DNA of 63,428 bases, counting the filler. It is 6 parts of 6 records of this genome, joined end to end, with 100 filler letters (N's around TTAATTAATTAA, not from the genome) between each part and the next. Parts side by side here need not be neighbours in the genome. Positions count along the whole stretch, not along the records: positions 37,255 to 48,496 come from DRR723986_2376; 5 more parts are not named here. One strand, given 5' to 3'. Shown here piece after piece: positions 39,064-48,596 of this stretch. The notes beneath the pieces were generated by a model. That model was not told the DNA's origin, did not search any database, and saw nothing but the letters and a program-made list of their open reading frames with translations. Both the position numbers and the translations under genes were made by a program. Numbering within the stretch: the stretch's first letter is position 1; every line of letters starts with the position of its first letter.

Positions 39064-39391
39064 CAGCGCCCGCCGCATCGCCCGGAAGCATGAAGGCCCG
39101 CGCCAGCAGCTCTGCCGCCGCCCGCGCCGCCATCATCGGCCCGCCCTCGATCTCTGCCGACAGCAGGTCCCGGGACGTCCCCTGCCAACCGCCGCCGCGC
39201 AGCCCCGCGACGATCAGGGCCAGCACGTCCCGCGTGCCGAACCCGCCGCCCTCGAACCGCTGCACGAGGTCGACCAGCGTGCCGCTCTCCAGCGAGGCTT
39301 CGAGCTCCGCCAAGGCGCCCAGCGTCAGGCGCATGACCCGGCGCTGACCATCGATGGTCAGCGCCACGTCTCCCCGCCACGGATTGCCCAT
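39050..39391 (-). CDS. GTA g10 (GTA-gp10 tail assembly chaperone)
   Basis: MGNPWRGDV...LTLGALAELE. Confidence 0.88.
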   Translation of the reverse strand: MGNPWRGDVALTIDGQRRVMRLTLGALAELEASLESGTLVDLVQRFEGGGFGTRDVLALIVAGLRGGGWQGTSRDLLSAEIEGGPMMAARAAAELLARAFMLPGDAAGADGGL

Positions 39392-39813
39392 CACGCGACC
39401 GGCTGCGCCGTGAACTGCAAGGCACCGGCAGAGGCCAGCGCGACCTCGTAGGTCGCCTCGCCATTGTGCGAGCCCGCGTATTCCAGCGAGGTCACCTGAA
39501 AGCGCCCCTCCACGGTGCCGAAGTCGGGAATGATCACCTGAAACTCCGGCGTCTCGCCGTCGAAGAACACCTGCCGCGCGCGCTCGTCGCTGCCCGCGTC
39601 GCGGAACACCCCCGAGCCGCTGATCGAGGCCGATTTGACCCCCGCTCCCGCCAGCAGCTCGCGCCAGCCGCCCTGGCTTTCGAGCGTGGTGACATCCACC
39701 TGCTCGGCGTTGAAGCTGATGCGCGTGGCCCGCAGCCCTGCCATCGTCTCGAACATCCCGTCGCCGGTCAGGTCGACCTTGACCAGAAGATCCTTGCCGT
39801 TCTGAGCACCCAT
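39391..39813 (-). CDS. GTA g9 major tail tube protein (TP901-1 family)
   Basis: MGAQNGKDLLVK...GWRELLAGAG...LASAGAL. Confidence 0.93.
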   Translation of the reverse strand: MGAQNGKDLLVKVDLTGDGMFETMAGLRATRISFNAEQVDVTTLESQGGWRELLAGAGVKSASISGSGVFRDAGSDERARQVFFDGETPEFQVIIPDFGTVEGRFQVTSLEYAGSHNGEATYEVALASAGALQFTAQPVA

Positions 39814-39879
39814 AGTCTCACTCCGTTCGTTCAGATTTCAATGTGCCGCGCTCTGGGCGGGCGATTGCGGCCGGGCGGT

Positions 39880-40296
39880 TCAGGCCACTCCGGTGTCTTC
39901 GACGCGGGCCCGGAACGTCAGGTCGATCCGCCTTGCCCCGCCGGTCTCGCGGCTTGCCTTAGCCCGCCGAAACCACATCCCGACAAGACGGCCCCGGCTC
40001 AGCGCAAGCGTCGCGTCGTGCAACAGGTCGCTGACCGCCCCGGCCGCTTGCTTGGCGGCGTGAAAGCCGCTGTCCTCGGTGATGACGGAGACCACGAACT
40101 CATGCAGCGCCGCAGCCCCAGTCCCGTCTCCGGCCTCGGTCACCTTCTCGGGTCCAAGCGCCACATACAGCGAGGGCACCGTCCCGCTCGGCAGGGCGTC
40201 GTAGATCGCATCGCCCACCAGCGTCGCCAAAGGTCCATCCGCTTGCAGCGCGGCATAGACCGCCATCTGCAGAGGCGCCGACAGTGCGTAACTCAT
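39880..40296 (-). CDS. GTA g8 (DUF3168 tail terminator)
   Basis: MSYALSAPLQ.AVYAAL...RRIDLTFRARVED. Confidence 0.9.
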   Translation of the reverse strand: MSYALSAPLQMAVYAALQADGPLATLVGDAIYDALPSGTVPSLYVALGPEKVTEAGDGTGAAALHEFVVSVITEDSGFHAAKQAAGAVSDLLHDATLALSRGRLVGMWFRRAKASRETGGARRIDLTFRARVEDTGVA

Positions 40297-40631
40297 GGCG
40301 AGACCTCCTCTTCGCAGTCGCAGATCAGGTAAAGCCCGCCCGGCTCCATCTCGGTCACCGCCTCTATGCGAAACAGCCGCGCCCCCATGCGTAACCTCTG
40401 ACCGGCCACCGGGCGGGCGGAATGACCCTGCGGCGCCCCGCGCACGACGATCCTGAAGGCACGGCGCGACACGGCCCCGGTCTCGCCGCTCGTCATCCGC
40501 CCGCTGCCCGGCCGGACAGAGGCCCAGAGTGTGCCCAGCGTCTCCCACTGGCTTTGCGCGCCGCCCGCACCGTCCGGCGTCTGCTGCCGGTCCTCCAGCT
40601 CCAGCCGTCGGTTCAAGGTGACGCGGCTCAT
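40293..40631 (-). CDS. GTA g7 head-closure protein
   Basis: LNRRLELE...PDGAGG...W..LGTLWA. Confidence 0.88.
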   Translation of the reverse strand: MSRVTLNRRLELEDRQQTPDGAGGAQSQWETLGTLWASVRPGSGRMTSGETGAVSRRAFRIVVRGAPQGHSARPVAGQRLRMGARLFRIEAVTEMEPGGLYLICDCEEEVSP

Positions 40632-41221
40632 CCGTTCAGCCCCATGCGCACCGGGCGATAGCGCGAGATCAACGAGGTCACACCGAAAGGCATGCAACCG
40701 TCGCTCAGCGCGGTATCGTCCCGATACTCGTAGTAATGCGCCGCCAGCAGCATGACCGCCTGCTTGAGATCGTCGGGCACCGCGTCGAACCCCGCGCCGT
40801 ATCCCGCCTCGAACCGGATCTCGACCGACCCGCCGGAGGGCACGCCCGGAAGGCTTGACCGCAGGGGGCGCAGCACGGGCTGGTAGACATCCGGCTTCAG
40901 CCGGTAATCGGCGGGATCGACGACCGCCGCCACCCCATGGACATCGACGATCGCGACCTCTGCCACGCTGCGCACCGGCGCGATCGGAAACCGCTGGCCG
41001 GCAGAGGTCTGCCAGTCGTCCAGCGTCAACAGAAAGCCTCGGGCGATCAGCGCCTTGCCGGTCCGGGCCTCGATAGCCGCGATGGCCGCGCGCAGAAAGG
41101 AAATCACCACACGGTCCTGAAGGTCGTCCCCGGTGAAGCCGGTTCCCAGCCGCAGGTGGTCTTTCAGGGCGTCGACCGGAAGCGCCGCATCCGGCACCTG
41201 GGTTTCTTCCACCAACATCAT
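40628..41221 (-). CDS. GTA g6 head-tail connector
   Basis: LKDHLRLG...IEARTGKAL...LLAAHYYE. Confidence 0.9.
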   Translation of the reverse strand: MMLVEETQVPDAALPVDALKDHLRLGTGFTGDDLQDRVVISFLRAAIAAIEARTGKALIARGFLLTLDDWQTSAGQRFPIAPVRSVAEVAIVDVHGVAAVVDPADYRLKPDVYQPVLRPLRSSLPGVPSGGSVEIRFEAGYGAGFDAVPDDLKQAVMLLAAHYYEYRDDTALSDGCMPFGVTSLISRYRPVRMGLNG

Positions 41222-41380
41222 GTCTCTTCTCCGAAATCCTGACCCATGCTCCGGCCGCCCGGCAGGCCGGGCACGCAGGGCCCGTTCCCGCACCGGCGGA
41301 GGGGGTCGCTGGCGCCAGGCCCGCGCGCCCGGGGTGGGGAACGGACCGCGCGGCCCGCCCCCCGTCTCGATGCGTCAGCC

Positions 41381-42559
41381 TCAGACCGCGCAGCGCAGCA
41401 GCTTGATCGCCGCGAAGTCGCTGACATCGCCGCCCACGCGCTTGGTCGCGTAGAACAGCACGTGCGGCTTGGCGCTGAAGGGATCGCGCAGCACGCGCAG
41501 ATCCGGGCGCTCGGCGATGGTGTAGCCGGCCGAGAAATCGCCAAAGGCCACGGGCGTCGCACCGGCGCCCACATCCGGCATGTCTTCGGCGATCAGCACC
41601 GGGTAGCCCAGCAGGCGCGCGGGCTCTCCGGCGGCGAAACCGTCCGCCCAGAGATGGCGCCCGTCGTTGTCCTTGAGCTTGCGCAGGGCGCCCGCGGTCT
41701 TGGAGTTCATCACGAAGGTCGCCCCGGCGCGGTACTGCGCGCCCAGCGCATAGACGAGGTCGATGAGCGCGTCGCCGTCGCCCAGATCGTCCGCCACGCC
41801 AGTGGTGACATAGCCCAGCGAGCCCCAGGCCCAGGACCCGTTGGCCACCGCGTTATGATCGAGGAAGCCGCGCGGCTTGTCGGCCCCGTCGCCGTTCACG
41901 AAGGCCGAGGCTTCGGCGCGCAGGAACTTGTCGGCGATGCGACCCGCCAGCCAGCCCTCGACGTCGAAGGCGCTGTCGTCCAGCAGGCGCTGGCTGACCT
42001 TGGGCATGGCGTTCAGCTCATAGAGAGGGATCGAGATGCGCTCGATCGTCGGCGTCCCGGATTCCGCGGTGGCCGAGGCCTCGTCCGCCCAGCCGGCGCC
42101 GGTGTCGTTCTGGTCGATCAGCACGTCGAAGGACGAGGCCTCCACATTGACGACACTGGCGATCGCGCGGATCGAGGCGGTCGAGGCGAGCGTCGACTTG
42201 ATCATCTCCGCGGTCTCGGGATCGACGAGATAGCCGCCGTCCGAATTCACGAGGGTGTTCATCGCCTTGCCCTCGAGAACCAGCCCGCGCAGGCCGTCAT
42301 CGTCGCCGCTGCGCAGATAGGCGTCGAAGGCCTTCTTGTGGGGGGCCTCAACCTCGACCGAGGTCGACAGCGCCGGGCGGCCCCGCAGGGCGGATTTGTG
42401 ATCCAGCATGGTCAGTCGCTCTTCCTGTTTCTGAAGCTTGTCTTGAAGATCGGCCTGCAAGGCCTTGAAATCCCCGATCAGTCCCGCCATCGCGGCACTC
42501 ACACGGGAGACCGGAGACGCATCTTCCCCGGTCCGAGACTTGGTCTCGGCTGTGCTCAT
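41381..42559 (-). CDS. GTA g5 major capsid protein (HK97 fold)
   Basis: DGGYLVDP, SQRLLDDSAFDVE.WL, LRDPFSAKPHVLFYATKRVGG. Confidence 0.96.
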   Translation of the reverse strand: MSTAETKSRTGEDASPVSRVSAAMAGLIGDFKALQADLQDKLQKQEERLTMLDHKSALRGRPALSTSVEVEAPHKKAFDAYLRSGDDDGLRGLVLEGKAMNTLVNSDGGYLVDPETAEMIKSTLASTASIRAIASVVNVEASSFDVLIDQNDTGAGWADEASATAESGTPTIERISIPLYELNAMPKVSQRLLDDSAFDVEGWLAGRIADKFLRAEASAFVNGDGADKPRGFLDHNAVANGSWAWGSLGYVTTGVADDLGDGDALIDLVYALGAQYRAGATFVMNSKTAGALRKLKDNDGRHLWADGFAAGEPARLLGYPVLIAEDMPDVGAGATPVAFGDFSAGYTIAERPDLRVLRDPFSAKPHVLFYATKRVGGDVSDFAAIKLLRCAV

Positions 42560-42588
42560 GGTCGTGTTTCCCTCATGAGTGGCGCGCG

Positions 42589-43131
42589 TCAGCCGCCCGC
42601 CAGGTTTCGGCGCATGTCCTCGAGGGCATCCGCCAATTGGCGCAACTCGTGCTCGGCGAAGAGATCGTTCTTCGCCGCGACCCGCGCACTGGGCAGCATC
42701 GGGAAGGTCACCAGCGACACCTCCCAAAGCTCCAGTTCCGCCAAGAGCCTCTGGCCCTTGTCATTCTTCGTGGCCTTGATCGTGCGGTAGCCGATCGACA
42801 AGCCGTCGATGGCCCCCGCCGCGATCAGCGCCGCCGCCTCGCGGCCCTTTTCGACGGTGTCGAGGATGCGACCCTTGACGTAGAGCCCGCGCTCGTCCTC
42901 GCGCACCTCGTCCCAGACCCCGATGGGCAGGGCCGGGTCGTGCTGCCACAGCATCTTGACCGCCCGGCCCTCGGCGGCGAGGCGCTTCAGAGACCGGGCA
43001 TAGGCGCCCTTCCCCACGATGTCGTTGCCCTGATCCGCGGCGCCGAAATGCGAGGCATAGCCCTCGATCTTCGTGCCCTCGAGGACGGTGACCGCCTCGT
43101 CGAACCGGCAGAACTTGTGCTCCAGATCCAT
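42589..43131 (-). CDS. GTA g4 prohead protease
   Basis: MLWQHD, DGLSIGY, LWEVSLVTFPM. Confidence 0.94.
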   Translation of the reverse strand: MDLEHKFCRFDEAVTVLEGTKIEGYASHFGAADQGNDIVGKGAYARSLKRLAAEGRAVKMLWQHDPALPIGVWDEVREDERGLYVKGRILDTVEKGREAAALIAAGAIDGLSIGYRTIKATKNDKGQRLLAELELWEVSLVTFPMLPSARVAAKNDLFAEHELRQLADALEDMRRNLAGG

Positions 43132-43212
43132 GTCTGTCCCTTTCGCTGGCTCCGGGCGCCGGTTTCCTTCCGGGAAACCGGTCCGGAATTTTCGAAAAAT
43201 TCCGGGCCCCGC

Positions 43213-43440
43213 TCAGGGCGCCGCGTTCATGAAGCCCTGAAACGCCTCAGCCAGGATCACCCCGGCCACGCCGTAGACCGTCAGCCACAGCCGCCGCTCC
43301 AGCCGCTCGATCAGCATCTCGAGCCGCTGGAACCGGTCGTTGAGCGCATCGAACTGCAGCTTGCTGACCCTTTCGTGGGCATCGAGCCGCATTCCGGGCG
43401 CGCAGGCAAAGGCCTCGTACTTGGGTCGAAGCTCACTCAC
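43213..43440 (-). CDS. GTA g3.5 small head-formation protein
   Basis: FACAPGMRLDAHER...ERLERRLWLTVYGV. Confidence 0.85.
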   Translation of the reverse strand: MSELRPKYEAFACAPGMRLDAHERVSKLQFDALNDRFQRLEMLIERLERRLWLTVYGVAGVILAEAFQGFMNAAP

Positions 43441-44635
43441 CCTCGCCCTCCTCGGCCAGCGCCGGCAGGCCCAGCATCCGGCGCTTCTCGGCGGCGGTGA
43501 GGAAGTCCGCGGCCGCCACCCGGTTCCACTGCGCGTCGCGCTCGGCGGCCAGCGCCGGCACCTGATCGAGATCGGGCTTCAGCACCACGTCCTCGCCGGT
43601 GTATTGCGACAGCCACCGTCCGATGCTGGCCGTGACCTTCGCCGCCAACGGCAAAACCGTCTGCCGATAGAAGGCCCGATGCGCCTCGGCGTAATTGGCA
43701 TAGGTCGCCTCCCCGGGGATCCCCAGAAGCATCGGCGGAATGCCGAAGGCCACCGCGATCTCGCGCGCCGCCGCTTCCTTGGTCTTCTGGAACTCCATGT
43801 CGGACGGCGAGAAGCCCATCGGCTTCCAGTCCAGCCCGCCTTCCAGCAGCATCGGGCGGCCCGCGTTGCGCGCGCCCTGGTGGTGGGCCTCCATCTCGGC
43901 GGTCAACCGGTCGTATTGTTCCGGGGTCAGATGGCCCTGCCCCTCCGCACCCTTCCAGACGATCGCGCCCGAGGGCCGCGCGGCATTGTCGAGCAACCCC
44001 TTGGACCAGCGCGAGGCACTGTTGTGCACGTCCACCGCCTGCGCCGCCGCCTGAAGCGGCGACAGCCCGTAGTGATCGTCCTGCGGGTGGAACGCCTTGA
44101 CGTGACAGATCGGAGAAACCGGCCCCGTGACGCTGAAGCGATGCTTGCGCGCCGCAACGGCGTACTCATAGGCCACCGGCCAGCCGTCCGCGCCGGGCAC
44201 CACCGACATCCGGTCCGACCGCAACACATGCAGCTCGAACGGCAGGCCACCCTCGCCCGCCACCGCCTCGATATAGCCGTCACCCGACAGCAGGATCTGC
44301 CCGAACAGGCTTTCCATCAGGTCGGCGCGCCCCTGCGCCGGGTTCGGCGCGGCCAGCAGCGACAGGATCGGATGGGTCTCGTAGCGCATCGCCGCGTCCT
44401 GCAGCACCAGCGGCAGGGCCGCCGCCGCCTCGGCGATCAGCTTGACCGCGCGAAAGCCCACGGGATTGCCGGCAAAGGCCTGCTTCGTCAGCGAAACGGT
44501 GTCGCGCGGGCTCCATGCGACGCGACCGCTGGTCATATGCGCGACCAGACGCCCCGTCGCCGAAGCCTTGACCTGCGGTGCCCCGGTCTGCGCCCCCTCG
44601 GACGGGTCGGTCCGTCGCAGAAAATCGAATACCAT
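43433..44635 (-). CDS. GTA g3 portal protein
   Basis: YGLSPL, LLDNAARPSGA, LLEGGLDWKPM, FGIPPMLLG. Confidence 0.95.
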   Translation of the reverse strand: MVFDFLRRTDPSEGAQTGAPQVKASATGRLVAHMTSGRVAWSPRDTVSLTKQAFAGNPVGFRAVKLIAEAAAALPLVLQDAAMRYETHPILSLLAAPNPAQGRADLMESLFGQILLSGDGYIEAVAGEGGLPFELHVLRSDRMSVVPGADGWPVAYEYAVAARKHRFSVTGPVSPICHVKAFHPQDDHYGLSPLQAAAQAVDVHNSASRWSKGLLDNAARPSGAIVWKGAEGQGHLTPEQYDRLTAEMEAHHQGARNAGRPMLLEGGLDWKPMGFSPSDMEFQKTKEAAAREIAVAFGIPPMLLGIPGEATYANYAEAHRAFYRQTVLPLAAKVTASIGRWLSQYTGEDVVLKPDLDQVPALAAERDAQWNRVAAADFLTAAEKRRMLGLPALAEEGEGE

Positions 44636-44802
44636 CCGTAGCGCTCCTTTGTCTCACCGCCCGAAGTCACCGGGCCGCAGACCGCCGCCCGAAGGGCGCC
44701 TCTGCGCCGCCCGGGGGTCGGTCCCTCGTCTCTGATCGCCTGTCTGCGAAGGCTGTCCTTCGCGTCTCATGGGCACCCTAGGCCTGCGTGGTTAACAGCC
44801 CT

Positions 44803-46182
44803 TCACCCCACCGTGCGCAGCTTCGGCAACTGGTCCGTGCGGCCGCGCTCCAGCATCGCTTCGGTCAATCCCCAGACCAGCGCGTCGACGCGGTCCGGGC
44901 TGCCCGCGCCCTCGAACCCGGCGCTGGTCATCAGGCACATCTGCGCCTCCAGCGCCTCCAGCCCCATGCCGTGGCTGACCCGTCCCTGCTCGTACAGCGC
45001 CGCCACCGGCTCGGCCCGCGCGCTCTTGGACCGCGTGGCATGGACCTTGCGCACCGGCAGCATCGGATCGACCTGCCGCAGCAACGTCTCGACCATGGCA
45101 CCGCCCTGATTGACCTCGGCCACCACGCGCTCCGCATCCCAGCGCCGGGCCGCCGCGACCACCGCCTCCGCCCATTTCATCGGAGAGGCCCCCTGCACGC
45201 TGGCATCCTCCAGCACGTAGCCGCGCCATTCGTGCGGCTTGCCCTCGGTCACGACGCCCACGACCACGATCCCGCATTCGTCCGAGGCCTTGCCCTCGCC
45301 CGCCGGAGGATCGACCGCCACGACGATGCGCGACAGGTCCGGCACCCGGCCAAAGCGCGTGTCGTCGAACATCTCGCGCCGCCAGAGCGCGCCGTCGACC
45401 TGTTCCAGAAGCACCCCGTCCAACTCCTGCAACCCCAGAGAGGTCCCGGCATAGCGCGCCCGCACCTCTTCGAGGAAGGACGGGGCAAGGTTGTCCGCGT
45501 TCACCTCGGTCGCGGCACGCGTCACCACCGTCGAGGGCAACTCGAGCAGATCCACGAGGATCTTCACGTTGCGCGGCGTGGTCGTGACGCAGACGCGCGG
45601 ATGCGCGCCCAGCCGCAGACCGAACTGCAGCATGTCCCATGTGTCCCCGGCGCGCTTCCACTTGGCCATCTCGTCCACCCATGCGCCGTCGAACTGCGGA
45701 CCCCGCAGGGCCTCGGGATCGCGCGCGGAATAAAGCATCGCCTCCGCGCCGTTCGGCCAGACGAGGCAGCGCCGCGTGGCCTGCCAGACCGGGCGCCGGT
45801 CGGGCGGCGAACAGGACATGATGCCGCTGTCGCCGAAGACCATGACTTCGCGCGCCTGATCGAAGGTCTCGCCGATGAGGGCCAGCCGCGTGCAGGCGCC
45901 GGGGTCCAGCGGGCGCGCGCCCTCGACCATCGACCGCACCCACTCGGCCCCGGCCCGGGTCTTGCCCGCGCCGCGCCCGCCAAGGATCACCCATGTCCGC
46001 CAATCGCCTTCCGGGGGCAACTGGTGGTCATGCGCCCAGAACTCGAACAGGTAGGGGAGCGCGATGCGCTCCCCCGGGGACAGCTCACTCAGGAAGCTCT
46101 CCCGCACCGCAGCAGGGGCGGATGCGAGCAAGGCGGCACCCGATCTCAAAGCGTGCCGCGTCGAGGTCGAGCCCGTAGGCAT
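44803..46182 (-). CDS. GTA g2 large terminase (start uncertain, ATG 46182 or TTG 46149)
   Basis: GGRGAGKT, LRGPQFD..WVDE, AVDPP, SPDRVDALVW. Confidence 0.95.
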   Translation of the reverse strand: MPTGSTSTRHALRSGAALLASAPAAVRESFLSELSPGERIALPYLFEFWAHDHQLPPEGDWRTWVILGGRGAGKTRAGAEWVRSMVEGARPLDPGACTRLALIGETFDQAREVMVFGDSGIMSCSPPDRRPVWQATRRCLVWPNGAEAMLYSARDPEALRGPQFDGAWVDEMAKWKRAGDTWDMLQFGLRLGAHPRVCVTTTPRNVKILVDLLELPSTVVTRAATEVNADNLAPSFLEEVRARYAGTSLGLQELDGVLLEQVDGALWRREMFDDTRFGRVPDLSRIVVAVDPPAGEGKASDECGIVVVGVVTEGKPHEWRGYVLEDASVQGASPMKWAEAVVAAARRWDAERVVAEVNQGGAMVETLLRQVDPMLPVRKVHATRSKSARAEPVAALYEQGRVSHGMGLEALEAQMCLMTSAGFEGAGSPDRVDALVWGLTEAMLERGRTDQLPKLRTVG

Positions 46183-46450
46183 CTGTGATTGCAAGGTCTT
46201 TTCTCCGGATCGCATCGATCTCCGCCTCCGTTTCGCGAATGGCCTTCAGCCAGTACTTCAGTTCCGTCAGGGGCTTGTTGGCCTCCGACTTGCGGTCCAC
46301 CTCCCCGCTGCGCAGCCGGGCCTGGATGTCCCGGATCTCTTCCGTCAGGTCGCGCAGGGTCTCTTCGATCTCGGCGCGTTTCTCTTCCAGACGGTCGACC
46401 TGTTGTTCGGCGGTCAGAAGAACCTGCCGCCGTTCCGTGGTGCTGCTCAT
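46085..46450 (-). CDS. GTA g1 small terminase-like protein
   Basis: Coiled-coil protein ending LDLDAARFEIGCRLARIR; first gene of the cluster, overlaps g2. Confidence 0.75.
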   Translation of the reverse strand: MSSTTERRQVLLTAEQQVDRLEEKRAEIEETLRDLTEEIRDIQARLRSGEVDRKSEANKPLTELKYWLKAIRETEAEIDAIRRKDLAITDAYGLDLDAARFEIGCRLARIRPCCGAGELPE

Positions 46451-46721
46451 GGCTCGATACCTTTGTTGCCTGTATGCTGCGCCGGGCTGCTCGGACGGGT
46501 GTGCGGTCTCGTGATGGGGGCCTGTCGCCCCTCTGCGCCGCCGTGCCCGCCCTTTCCGGCACAGTCGGGAAAATGCCCCGGCAATCCTTACGAGCCCTGA
46601 TCGCCGCGCACGCAGCCCCCCGATCCCGTTAACCGCCGCGCCCGTCGCGTTAACCCCGGCGGAAGCCCGCTTGCCGCCCCGCTGCGCCTCTGGCACATCT
46701 TGCGGCGAAAGGAGCCCGCCC

Positions 46722-47909
46722 ATGCCACATCTGTCGTCCCGCATCACATCGCTCAACGAAGGCGGCTCCGACGGGTGGGAGGTCTTCTACCGCGCGCGCA
46801 GCCTGATCGCCGCCGGAGAGCAGGTCACCGAACTCACCATCGGCGAGCACGACATCCGCACCGATCCCGCAATCCTCGACGCCATGCACGCGGCGGCCCG
46901 CGACGGCCACACCGGTTATGCCATGGTGCCCGGCATCGCCCCCCTGCGCGCCGAGATCGCCGCCCGGGTTCAGGCCCGCACCGGCGTTCCGACCACATCC
47001 GCCAATGTCCTGATCACGCCCGGCGGTCAGGCCGCGCTCTTCGCGGCGCATATGGCGGTGCTCGATCCCGGAGACGCCGGCCTTTACATCGACCCCTATT
47101 ACGCCACCTACCCCGGCACGATCCGCGCCGCCTCCGGCCTGCCCGTGCCGGTCCGGACGGAGGCCGCGCAGGCCTTCCTGCCCTCCGCCGGCGCCATCGA
47201 CGAACGGGCCGCCGAACACGAGGCCCGCAGCCTGCTCGTCAACTCGCCCAACAACCCGACCGGCACGGTCTATCCCGAGGCCTGCCTGCAGGGCATCGCC
47301 CGGACCTGCGCCCGCCGCGACCTCTGGCTGATCTCGGACGAGGTCTACGACACGCAGGTCTGGGAAGGCGCGCACCGCTCTCCCCGTGCGCTGGAAGGCA
47401 TGGCAGAGCGCACGCTCGTCGTCGGGTCGATGTCCAAGAGCCACGCCATGACCGGCTCGCGCATCGGCTGGATCGTCGCGCCCGAGCCGGTGATCGAGCG
47501 GCTGATCGACCTCGCCACCACCACGACCTACGGCGTGCCGGGCTTCATTCAGGATGCCGCGCTCTTCGCCCTGCGCGCCGGCGCCGCGCCCGAAGCGGCG
47601 GTCTCCGCCCCCTTCCGCCGACGCCGCGACCGCGTGCTGGCCGAACTCGCCCGGCAAGACACGGTGACCGCCATCCCCGCGCAGGGCGCCATGTACCTGA
47701 TGCTGGATATCCGCCGCACCGGCCTCTCGGGCCGCGCCTTCGCCGAGGCCCTGCTGGACGCCCGACGGATCGCGGTCATGCCGGGGGAAAGCTTCGGGCA
47801 ATCCGCCGCCGGACATATCCGCGTCGCGCTGACCGTCGAGGACGAAAGCCTCGTCCGGGCCATCCGGAGCCTCTGCGGCTTCGCCAAGGAATGCGCGATC
47901 GCCGCCTGA
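46722..47909 (+). CDS. PLP-dependent class I/II aminotransferase
   Basis: NSPNNPTG, SDEVY, SMSKSHAMTGSRIG. Confidence 0.93.
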   Translation: MPHLSSRITSLNEGGSDGWEVFYRARSLIAAGEQVTELTIGEHDIRTDPAILDAMHAAARDGHTGYAMVPGIAPLRAEIAARVQARTGVPTTSANVLITPGGQAALFAAHMAVLDPGDAGLYIDPYYATYPGTIRAASGLPVPVRTEAAQAFLPSAGAIDERAAEHEARSLLVNSPNNPTGTVYPEACLQGIARTCARRDLWLISDEVYDTQVWEGAHRSPRALEGMAERTLVVGSMSKSHAMTGSRIGWIVAPEPVIERLIDLATTTTYGVPGFIQDAALFALRAGAAPEAAVSAPFRRRRDRVLAELARQDTVTAIPAQGAMYLMLDIRRTGLSGRAFAEALLDARRIAVMPGESFGQSAAGHIRVALTVEDESLVRAIRSLCGFAKECAIAA

Positions 47910-48292
47910 CCGCGGCGCGGCCCTGTACGGCAGCGGCTCCCGACGTCGCCAAGCCGAGCGCGGCCTCCATGGCCCGCCCGACGCACCACCGGTCAAGATC
48001 CGCGCTACGGCCCGATCCGGCCCTAAGCCCGCCTGCAAGAAACCTAACTGCCTCCGGCCCCGGCAGTGCCCCCATCCCCAAAGGCAAAGCCTCAGACTCA
48101 CAGCCGGACGGACAGCAAACACCACACATCCGGACCGTCAGACGAGAGAACCCGCAATATCGGCCCACCCCGGCCGCCGGGCGGACCACTCCCGCCGAAC
48201 GGGACCCGTCAAAGCGACAGGCGACCACCCACGCTCCAACCGCGCAGGCTCCCGCCCCATCACCGCTCCTAATCCCGCCCCCATACCCCCGG

Positions 48293-48328
48293 AAACGCAA
48301 AACGCCGCCCCCGGGCGGGAGCGGCGTT
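48293..48328 (-). terminator. ndk intrinsic terminator
   Basis: AACGCCGC...GCGGCGTT stem followed by TTTTGCGTTT on the minus strand. Confidence 0.65.
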
Positions 48329-48354
48329 CAACATTTTCAGGTCAGAGGAAACCC

Positions 48355-48496
48355 TCAGCCGACCAGTTCGAGGCCCGAGAAGAAATAGGCGATCTCTTCC
48401 TTGGCGGTCTCCGGGGCGTCCGACCCATGGACGGAGTTCTCGCCGACCGACTCGGCGAACTCCGCGCGGATGGTGCCGGGAGCCGCATCGGCGGGG
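48355..48496 (-). CDS. ndk: nucleoside diphosphate kinase, C-terminal fragment
   Basis: Read by hand: [46 protein letters not shown]. Confidence 0.93.
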
Positions 48497-48596
48497 NNNN
48501 NNNNNNNNNNNNNNNNNNNNNNNNNNNNNNNNNNNNNNNNTTAATTAATTAANNNNNNNNNNNNNNNNNNNNNNNNNNNNNNNNNNNNNNNNNNNN
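48497..48596. other. artificial contig spacer
   Basis: 44N-TTAATTAATTAA-44N. Confidence 0.98.

Larger units (their letters stand above)
37255..46450 (-). mobile_element. RcGTA-type gene transfer agent head-tail gene cluster (g1 to partial g13)
   Basis: Gene order terminase S/L, portal, g3.5, protease, capsid, connector, closure, DUF3168, tail tube, g10, g10.1, short tape measure, DUF2460, DUF2163; host-like GC; no integrase, repressor or replication gene at the visible end, which abuts a housekeeping gene. Confidence 0.93.

Noticed and set aside
37255..46450. Prophage interpretation of the head-tail cluster
   Set aside because: Gene order, short tape measure, host-like GC and a housekeeping neighbour match RcGTA, a known system.
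46691..46703. TGGCAC...TTGC as a sigma54 promoter for the aminotransferase
   Set aside because: Spacing is N3, not the strict N5.
47910..48292. Long C/A-skewed intergenic region between convergent genes
   Set aside because: No convincing ORF, repeat, tRNA or stable structure found by eye.
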